The notes under the pieces were generated by a model. That model had not been told where the DNA came from. It did no database searches and worked only from the letters and a program-made list of their open reading frames with translations. This document shows, one piece after another, positions 7,798 to 15,399 of a stretch of 64,000 nucleotides of DNA. The translations under genes and the position numbers were made by a program. This DNA comes from an uncultured Clostridia bacterium (GTDB taxonomy: Bacteria; Bacillota; Clostridia; Christensenellales; UBA3700). The DNA is taken from positions 27,504 to 91,503 of the forward strand of contig CAMQWP010000006.1 in NCBI GenBank assembly GCA_947038565.1, written 5' to 3'. Each line of letters begins with the position of its first letter. The first letter of the stretch is position 1.

Positions 7798-8685
7798 ATG
7801 AGTTTTATCAATTATGAGCTATACAGAATATTCTATATGGTAGCATCAAGCGGAAGTATTACTAAAGCAGCGGGTGAGTTGTATATTTCACAGCCAGCAG
7901 TTAGTCAGTCTATAAAACAGCTAGAGACTCAGATAGGCGGTAGGCTTTTTAAGCGTACTAGTAAAGGCATGGAACTTACCTATGAGGGTAAGATGATATA
8001 TCATTACATTAAAGAGGCAAATGAGCTTATAGGTAAGGCGGAGAAGAAATTCTCTCAACTAAAAGAGCTTACTTATGGTGAAATCAAAATAGGTGCATCT
8101 GATACTATTACAAAGCATTATTTGCTTAAATTCATTAAAAACTTTATCGGAAAATATCCTGATATCAGTGTAAAAGTAACAAATAGAACTACTGGAGAGA
8201 CTATAAACCTACTAAAGGCGGGCAAGGTGGATATCGGTTTTGTAAATGTACCTTTGACTGATGACCTTTTAGATTTCTCTAATATGGTTGATACTGAGGA
8301 TGTGTTTATATGTAATGCTGAGTGGATATCTCGTTATCAAGAGCCACTTTCTGCTGCAGACATAAGCAATGAACCTTTAATAATGCTAGAGAAATTAAGT
8401 AATACTAGACGTGTTCTTGATGATCATTTTTCAAAATTAGGAGTTACTCTTACACCTATGCTAGAGCTAGGAAGCCTTGACCTTATGCTAGATATGGCAA
8501 AAGTCGGTCTTGGTATAACTTGTGCACCTAGAAGTATTGTAGAAGAAGATATTGCTAAAGGAATCCTGTATGAAGTGCCTATAGTTTTTGATATGCCTAA
8601 AAGAGCATTCGCTCTTGTCACAATGAAAGGCGTACCACTTAACTACTCAGCTCTACAGTTTGTAAATAGCTTAGATAAAATATAA
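7798..8685 (+). CDS. LysR family transcriptional regulator
   Basis: HTH region YRIFYMVASSGSITKAAGELYISQPAVSQSIKQLE..GGRLFKR, plus a LysR substrate-binding domain. ATG 7798 follows GGAGG at 7788-7792. The track start at 7738 adds an implausible 20-aa extension. Confidence 0.85.
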   Translation: MSFINYELYRIFYMVASSGSITKAAGELYISQPAVSQSIKQLETQIGGRLFKRTSKGMELTYEGKMIYHYIKEANELIGKAEKKFSQLKELTYGEIKIGASDTITKHYLLKFIKNFIGKYPDISVKVTNRTTGETINLLKAGKVDIGFVNVPLTDDLLDFSNMVDTEDVFICNAEWISRYQEPLSAADISNEPLIMLEKLSNTRRVLDDHFSKLGVTLTPMLELGSLDLMLDMAKVGLGITCAPRSIVEEDIAKGILYEVPIVFDMPKRAFALVTMKGVPLNYSALQFVNSLDKI

Positions 8686-8693
8686 GGGGATAT

Positions 8694-10808
8694 ATGGAGA
8701 AGAAGACTAGAATTACCGATTATTTTGGTAAAAATGTATTTAATTATGCAGTAATGCAAGAGTATATGTCGCCTGAAACTTATGCAGAGTTACGTGCTGT
8801 AATAGACACTGGTAAGACACTTGGACTTGACCTTGCTGATAGAGTAGCGGAAGCTATGAAAGAGTGGGCGTCTGATAAAGGTGCTACTCACTATACTCAC
8901 TGGTTTCAGCCTCTTACTGGCTCTACTGCAGAGAAGCATGATAGCTTTATTAGCATAGATAAGAAAGGCGATAATATATTAGAATTTACTGGCAAAAACC
9001 TTTCAAAAGGCGAAGCTGATGCGTCAAGTTTCCCGAGCGGTGGTATAAGAGCTACCTTTGAGGCTAGAGGTTATACAGTTTGGGATTGTTCATCACCAGC
9101 TTTTATCCGTGAGACGGTAGGTGGAGGAGTTACGTTATATATTCCTACTGCTTTCTGTAGTTATAATGGTGAGGCACTTGACAAGAAAACTCCTCTTCTT
9201 AGGAGTATGGAAGCACTAAATCGCGAGGGCGTGAAGTTGCTTAGGACTCTTGGTCATGATGTAGGAAGGGTTACTGCTAGCGTTGGCGGTGAGCAAGAAT
9301 ATTTCCTAATAGATAAAAATCATTTTAATGCAAGACCTGATCTAAGATTTACTGGTCGAACTCTTTTCGGTGCTGATGCGCCTAAGGGTCAAGAACAGCA
9401 CGATCAGTATTATGCAAGTATTAGAACTAGAGTTTCTCAGTACATGTCTGAGCTTAACCATGAGTTATGGTTGCTTGGAATTACAGCAAAGACTCAGCAT
9501 AATGAAGCTGCTCCATCTCAGCATGAGCTAGCTCCGATCTTTTGTACTGCCAATATCGCGACTGATCAAAATCAGCTTATAATGGAGACAATGAAAAAGG
9601 TCGCAGAGAAATTTGACCTAAAGTGTCTTTTGCATGAAAAGCCATTTGCTAACGTAAACGGTAGTGGAAAGCATAATAACTGGTCGGTTACTACGGACAC
9701 AGGCATCAATATGCTTAGACCGGGTAGGAATCCAGCAGAGAATAACATATTCTTGCTTGCATTTACAGCAGTAATAGCGGGTGTAGATGAGTATGCCGAC
9801 CTTATACGCATGAGTGCGTCTAATCCAGGCAATGAGCATAGACTAGGCGGACATGAAGCACCTCCGAGCATTATATCTATTTATATAGGTGATGACTTAG
9901 AGCTTGTTATGGATAATCTAGTTGATGGTCAAAAGGGTGAGGATAGCTTAAAGCAATATATCAAGACAGGCGTAAACTACCTAGCCGAGCTTAAAAAAGA
10001 TAACTCTGATCGTAATAGAACTAGTCCTTTTGCATTCACTGGTAATAAGTTTGAATTCCGTATGGTGGGATCGTCAGCTACATTGTCAAATCCTAATGTT
10101 ATGCTTAATACAGTAGTTGCCGAGATGTTTAAGAGAATAACTGAAGAGTTATTAACAGTATCGGAAAGTGAGCGAAGTGATAAAGCTATTGAGATAGTAA
10201 AAAGATTATACTCTGAACATAAGAGAATTATCTATAAAGGAAATAACTATACTAAAGACTGGGCACGTGAGGCTAAGAAACGTGGCTTAAATAATATCGA
10301 CAACTGCGTGGACGCGTACGATGTACTTATTGACAAACGCAATGTGGAGTTATTTGAAAGACATAGTGTTATGACTAATGTTGAGTTGCAGTGTAGGCGT
10401 GAGATCTACTTGGATATATATAATCAAGTTATAAATATTGAAGTAAACACTATGCTACTTATGGCAAGAAGTGAGATAATGCCTGCGATAGTAAGAGCGA
10501 AGAAAGAGCTTGCTTTAGTAGTTAATGAGTTGAGTAAAATCGACGCAGGAATGGCGAATGTAGAGATGTCACAGCTTATTACTTTATCGTCGCTATACAA
10601 TAGATTTAATGATGAATTATTGGAATTGGATAGATTGAATAATTCTGCTAGCAAAGCTACTACATGTAAGAAAAAAGCGATAATCTACCGTGATCAGGTA
10701 GTCATCGCAATGGAAAAACTTAGAAAGACAGCTGATACTATAGAGATATTGATGCCGAAAGATTTGCAACCATATCCAAGTTATGCTGATATATTGTTTT
10801 ACGAGTAA
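8694..10808 (+). CDS. glnN: Glutamine synthetase, type III (GSIII)
   Basis: 704 aa with the diagnostic GSIII N-terminal motifs ATHYTHWFQPLTGSTAEKHDSF and EADASSFPSGGIRATFEARGYTVWD, plus NGSGKHNNWS. Confidence 0.93.
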   Translation: MEKKTRITDYFGKNVFNYAVMQEYMSPETYAELRAVIDTGKTLGLDLADRVAEAMKEWASDKGATHYTHWFQPLTGSTAEKHDSFISIDKKGDNILEFTGKNLSKGEADASSFPSGGIRATFEARGYTVWDCSSPAFIRETVGGGVTLYIPTAFCSYNGEALDKKTPLLRSMEALNREGVKLLRTLGHDVGRVTASVGGEQEYFLIDKNHFNARPDLRFTGRTLFGADAPKGQEQHDQYYASIRTRVSQYMSELNHELWLLGITAKTQHNEAAPSQHELAPIFCTANIATDQNQLIMETMKKVAEKFDLKCLLHEKPFANVNGSGKHNNWSVTTDTGINMLRPGRNPAENNIFLLAFTAVIAGVDEYADLIRMSASNPGNEHRLGGHEAPPSIISIYIGDDLELVMDNLVDGQKGEDSLKQYIKTGVNYLAELKKDNSDRNRTSPFAFTGNKFEFRMVGSSATLSNPNVMLNTVVAEMFKRITEELLTVSESERSDKAIEIVKRLYSEHKRIIYKGNNYTKDWAREAKKRGLNNIDNCVDAYDVLIDKRNVELFERHSVMTNVELQCRREIYLDIYNQVINIEVNTMLLMARSEIMPAIVRAKKELALVVNELSKIDAGMANVEMSQLITLSSLYNRFNDELLELDRLNNSASKATTCKKKAIIYRDQVVIAMEKLRKTADTIEILMPKDLQPYPSYADILFYE

Positions 10809-10822
10809 TAAGGAGTGAGTAA

Positions 10823-12607
10823 ATGAAAAAACTAACATCATCAGAGTTGAGAGAAACATATCTACAATATTTTAAAAGCAAAGGACACAGTATTATATCA
10901 AGTAGTTCACTGATTCCTGAAAATGACCCTTCTGTACTATTTACTACTGCAGGAATGCACCCTCTAGTACCATATCTTTTAGGCGAGAGCCATCCTAATG
11001 GTAATAGACTATGCGACGTGCAAAAATGTATAAGAACAGGAGACATCGACGAGATAGGAGATGATACGCATTGTACTTTCTTCGAGATGCTTGGTAATTG
11101 GTCATTGGGTGATTACTTTAAGAAAGATAGTATAGCATTTAGCTTTGAGTTTCTAACTAAAGTACTAGAGATACCAGTAGAGAAAATAGCTGTTACAGTA
11201 TTCGAAGGTGACGAAAATGCACCACGTGACGAATTCAGTGCTGGCGTTTGGGAGAGCTTAGGTATACCTAAAGATAGAATATTCTATCTTCCAAAAGAGC
11301 ATAACTGGTGGATTTCTGGTGAAGTAGGTCCTTGCGGCCCTGATACAGAGATATTTATAATCAATGATAAGAAGTGTGATCGTGAAGATTGTTCTCCAGC
11401 ATGCAGTTGCGGTAAGTATGTAGAGATATGGAATAACGTATTTATGGAGTTTAACAAGGCTGCTGACGGAAGTTTTGAGAAATTATCACAACAAAACGTA
11501 GATACTGGTATGGGTTTAGAGCGTACAATATGTATGCTTAATGGCGTAAAATCAGTATACGAAACTGACTTCTTCTCTGACGCGATAGAGCTTATTTGTA
11601 AGTTATCAGGCAAAGTTTATTTGTCTGACGAGTCTACCACTAAGTCTATTCGTATAATTGCTGATCATATCAGGACTGCCACTTTTATACTTGGCGATGA
11701 TAAGGGTATTACTCCTTCTAACATGGATCAGGGTTATGTATTACGTAGATTAATAAGACGTGCTGTAAGACATGCAAGAGTTATCGGTATGGAGGCATGC
11801 GGTATTCTTGAAGTTTCAAAATGCTTTATTGCAAAATACGCTAGCATATACGAAGAGCTTGGACGCAACTCAGATAAGATAATAGATGAGTTGCAAAAAG
11901 AAATAGATAGATTTAGTAAGACAGTCGAGAATGGTCTTAAAGAGATAGAGAAAGTGCTGAAATATGTACAAAATAATGCACTAAATGGCAAGACAGCATT
12001 TAGACTTTATGATACTTTCGGATTCCCACTAGAGATGACTGTTGAGATATGTGCTGAAAATGGTGTAGAGGTAGACGTAGAAGGATATCACAAATCATTT
12101 GCAGAACATCAATTAAAGTCTCAAAAAGGTGCAGAGCAGAAATTCAAGGGTGGTCTTGCTGATAGTGGAGAAGCTACGACTAATCTACATACTGCAACAC
12201 ATATGCTTAATGCTTGCTTGAAAAAAGTATTGGGTGATGATGGTATTATGCAAAAGGGTAGTAATATTACAGCAGAGCGTCTAAGATTTGACTTTAATTT
12301 TAGTAGACCACTTACTCCTGACGAGAAGATCGAAATAGAAGTAATGATGAATGACATTATTGCAAGAAAGATAGATATAACTTGTGAGGAAATGACAGTA
12401 GAGCAAGCGAAAGAAGCAGGTGCTTTAGGCGTGTTTGAAAGCAAGTACGGTCAGTTGGTTAAAGTATATACTATCGGTGATGTATCAAAAGAGATTTGCG
12501 GTGGTCCTCATGCTAGCAATACTGCTGAGCTAGGAGTATTTAAGATCAAGAAAGAGCAGTCTTCAAGCTCTGGTATCAGAAGAATTAAGGGTGTATTAGT
12601 TAAATAA
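10823..12607 (+). CDS. alaS: Alanine--tRNA ligase, short form (ends after the editing domain; no C-Ala domain)
   Basis: Class II AlaRS motifs FTTAGMHPLVPY, FFEMLGNWSLGDYFK, GPCGPDTEIF and VEIWNNVFMEF. Editing-site motifs HTATHMLN and CGGPH. The protein ends at ...SSGIRRIKGVLVK after 594 aa. Confidence 0.9.
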   Translation: MKKLTSSELRETYLQYFKSKGHSIISSSSLIPENDPSVLFTTAGMHPLVPYLLGESHPNGNRLCDVQKCIRTGDIDEIGDDTHCTFFEMLGNWSLGDYFKKDSIAFSFEFLTKVLEIPVEKIAVTVFEGDENAPRDEFSAGVWESLGIPKDRIFYLPKEHNWWISGEVGPCGPDTEIFIINDKKCDREDCSPACSCGKYVEIWNNVFMEFNKAADGSFEKLSQQNVDTGMGLERTICMLNGVKSVYETDFFSDAIELICKLSGKVYLSDESTTKSIRIIADHIRTATFILGDDKGITPSNMDQGYVLRRLIRRAVRHARVIGMEACGILEVSKCFIAKYASIYEELGRNSDKIIDELQKEIDRFSKTVENGLKEIEKVLKYVQNNALNGKTAFRLYDTFGFPLEMTVEICAENGVEVDVEGYHKSFAEHQLKSQKGAEQKFKGGLADSGEATTNLHTATHMLNACLKKVLGDDGIMQKGSNITAERLRFDFNFSRPLTPDEKIEIEVMMNDIIARKIDITCEEMTVEQAKEAGALGVFESKYGQLVKVYTIGDVSKEICGGPHASNTAELGVFKIKKEQSSSSGIRRIKGVLVK

Positions 12608-12660
12608 TATTAAGTAATATTTACTTAAAGTAACTAACTGCATTATATAAAACAATAAGC

Positions 12661-12693
12661 AAAAAGGCTAACTTATACAAGTTAGCCTTTTTT
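12661..12693. terminator. Bidirectional terminator between alaS and the alpha-galactosidase gene
   Basis: AAAAAGGCTAACTT-atac-AAGTTAGCCTTTTT. The stem is perfect, with an A-run on one side and a T-run on the other. Confidence 0.9.
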
Positions 12694-12712
12694 ATATTTA
12701 GTAATGTTTCTA

Positions 12713-14383
12713 TTAAAGTTCGCCTTTAATGATAGTACCGTTAGTTAGATCAAATACCAATTCTTTCGCGATATCATCCTCGATATATTTAATCTGAATG
12801 TTGTTTTCTGAAATTATATCAGTAGATATTATGCTTGTATTACTATCGGTTATAGTGTCTATATAAGTTGACATTGCGTCATCAGTATAATCTGAGATAT
12901 TGTCACTTACAAACAATAAACTTCCAAAAAGTTTGTTGATTTTAGCTACAAGTTTACGCATATCACTAGTCATCTTTATGTTTGTATCTCTAAGGATAAA
13001 TACATCAGGATCGTTACAGAATGCACGACCGTCTAGGTGACGACGGAATATTGTGTTAGTGATAGCATTTTGTGTGCTAACTTGCTCACGACTAAGATTA
13101 GTGAAGTAGTTTCTCTTCTGCCATGTCAACCCGATATCAGCACCAGTTCGGCAGAAATCAAATCTACCAAATGCTGGGAACAATGGTACACCGCAACCAA
13201 TAATGTGTTTTAAACCGCAACACTCACGAAGGAAGTCTACTGCGTCACACATGATTCTACCACGAGTTTTTCCCTCAAAAGGCTCTATACATACACTGTA
13301 TAAGAAATCAAGTTTTACTAAGTCATAATTCCACTCATTTAGAACTGTATCGAAAACATTTTTGATGTACTCACGAACTTCAGGTTTGTAGAAGTTAAGA
13401 GTATAGAAACCGCCCCAGTTAAATCCAGCTGAAATAGGGTAGTCTTTATCGTCTTTGATAAGCCAATCTTTATGGTCATGAGCTATCTTTGATGAGCGTT
13501 GACAAGAGAATGGTGCTAGCCATATTCCAGCAAGCATATCTTTATCATGTATCATCTGAGCAGTATCAGCCATGCCGTTAGGGAATTTGGTTTTGTCTAC
13601 ACTTAACCAGTCGCCTACAGCAGTTTGGTAACCGTCATCTATTTGGAAAATATCTATTTTCTTAGGAGATTTCGAGATACTTTCTAGGTCACGAGCTACG
13701 ATATCGCTAGTGATTTTACTATAGTAGTTATACCATGTAGTGTAGCCTATCTTGCGTTTAATACGAGGAGTAGGTATTTCTATTGCTTTGAAATAATCAT
13801 CAAATACTTGGTTGTACTCGCCTTCAGTATAGAATAAATCCATTAGATCATAAGTAGAGTTATCACGAAGTACAAGACCTTCAAGATCCTTTTCGATGAT
13901 TATCTTATTATCTATCATATTAAAATAAATTACTGTAAATCCAGTCTTTTCACATAAAGAACCGATTAGAGAAAGTTTATTCTCGTTTCTGATATAGCCG
14001 TATGAATAGCTGTGGAAAAATCCAGGTTTGCCATTGTATAACGCCATTTTATAATCGCCACTTCTAGATGTGTGAGTGATGAAGTCAATATTGTTTGACA
14101 GTGAAGACAAACTTTTCATAATCTCATTGCTAGAAAACTCTCTACTATCAGTCCAAGACTGGTAGCCGTTACAGAAGACTCTATCGTTCTCAGTGAACTG
14201 ATAATCGTATTCTAAAGTAAACTTTATATTCTCCATCTTAACAGAATTTTCGATCTTGAAAGATAATTTGTCAAGTTCATCATTGTTTTCAGTGATGATA
14301 TAATGTCCTGTTTTTGGATTGCTACTAGCATACAATTTGCCTTCGTTGATGTAGCTAATATTTAATTTATATTGATTAAGCAT
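12713..14383 (-). CDS. Alpha-galactosidase (GH36-like melibiase)
   Basis: Motifs IFQIDDGYQTAVGDW, GIWLAPF and DLVKLDFLY. The likely start is MLNQYKL (complement of 14381-14383). The track ORF extends to 14440. Confidence 0.75.
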   Translation of the reverse strand: MLNQYKLNISYINEGKLYASSNPKTGHYIITENNDELDKLSFKIENSVKMENIKFTLEYDYQFTENDRVFCNGYQSWTDSREFSSNEIMKSLSSLSNNIDFITHTSRSGDYKMALYNGKPGFFHSYSYGYIRNENKLSLIGSLCEKTGFTVIYFNMIDNKIIIEKDLEGLVLRDNSTYDLMDLFYTEGEYNQVFDDYFKAIEIPTPRIKRKIGYTTWYNYYSKITSDIVARDLESISKSPKKIDIFQIDDGYQTAVGDWLSVDKTKFPNGMADTAQMIHDKDMLAGIWLAPFSCQRSSKIAHDHKDWLIKDDKDYPISAGFNWGGFYTLNFYKPEVREYIKNVFDTVLNEWNYDLVKLDFLYSVCIEPFEGKTRGRIMCDAVDFLRECCGLKHIIGCGVPLFPAFGRFDFCRTGADIGLTWQKRNYFTNLSREQVSTQNAITNTIFRRHLDGRAFCNDPDVFILRDTNIKMTSDMRKLVAKINKLFGSLLFVSDNISDYTDDAMSTYIDTITDSNTSIISTDIISENNIQIKYIEDDIAKELVFDLTNGTIIKGEL

Positions 14384-14512
14384 AATCCACTTCCTTGTTT
14401 TTAATAATATTATTATACTACAATAAAGTACTATTGTCAATAAGTGGAATGATTTTATTAATAAAAGTAATTATTATTGTGTAGTATAGCATACAATAAC
14501 TAAGAGGTGAGT

Positions 14513-15223
14513 ATGGAGCATAGGCAATTAATAATAGAAAATGACGATATTAAACAATTAGATTACCTAACAAGGTTATTAGCTACCGACGCACGCATTA
14601 TTTATGTGGTAGAAATTGGTGCAAATTATACGATTATTGATGTTGATTTACCAGCGTCTTATATAGCTACTTTTAACAAATTTGTAGCAAAAGCAATAGT
14701 TGTAACTGAAAAATTTAACTACCTTTCTGAGCTTATTGATATGGTTAATATGGATTATGTAAGAGCGACATTTTTCTCTACATTATTATATTTTGATATC
14801 CAGCAAGAGATAGGAAGTGTAGCAAAAGGAATAGAAGAAGATAAGACTATTAGTTTAAGCGGTGTGTTTAATTTTAGGTTTGGTAAGATCAAAGAGGAGT
14901 GGGGTGAGTTGGTAGAGCTGATAGCCACTATATTGCACTCTCCACATGAAGACGAAGATATATATAGTATATCCGCATTTATGCTGTCGTCAAGAACAAA
15001 TACTGATAAGACAATATTTATAGCAGAGTATCCAGAGATTATGCTTACAAATGTAACTGACGGGGTGATGTGTGACATTATAGGTGTGTATGGAAATAGC
15101 GAATTAGATCTTATAGACTCTTTAGTCGGTGAGTGTCCAAAGGAAGTAATCGTCGAAACTGATAAAGTGCCGAGTGAGCTAATAGACGTACTTAAGATGA
15201 TAATGACTGTAAAGTTGCTATAA
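14513..15223 (+). CDS. Hypothetical protein, about 236 aa (weak resemblance to the YtxC-like sporulation protein family)
   Basis: AGAGG Shine-Dalgarno site before ATG 14513 (the track start is GTG 14507). The protein is acidic with no TM. The segment FNFRFGKIKEEWGELVELIATIL resembles the YtxC family from memory only. Confidence 0.45.
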   Translation: MEHRQLIIENDDIKQLDYLTRLLATDARIIYVVEIGANYTIIDVDLPASYIATFNKFVAKAIVVTEKFNYLSELIDMVNMDYVRATFFSTLLYFDIQQEIGSVAKGIEEDKTISLSGVFNFRFGKIKEEWGELVELIATILHSPHEDEDIYSISAFMLSSRTNTDKTIFIAEYPEIMLTNVTDGVMCDIIGVYGNSELDLIDSLVGECPKEVIVETDKVPSELIDVLKMIMTVKLL

Positions 15224-15343
15224 TATATTATAGATATTGTATACGTAGTGTATGACTAGTAGATACTGTTTTGAAATATATATATTGTTGAATAAAGAAA
15301 TTGAATAATATAATTTGAATAGTATCAGGATCTTTTTAGATAT

Positions 15344-15385
15344 AAAAAAATAACGATGCGAATTGATATTCGAATCGTTATTTTT
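15344..15385. terminator. Bidirectional terminator between convergent genes
   Basis: A7, then TAACGAT-g-CGAAT-tgat-ATTCG-a-ATCGTTA, then T5. Confidence 0.8.
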
Positions 15386-15399
15386 ATTACATAATAATA

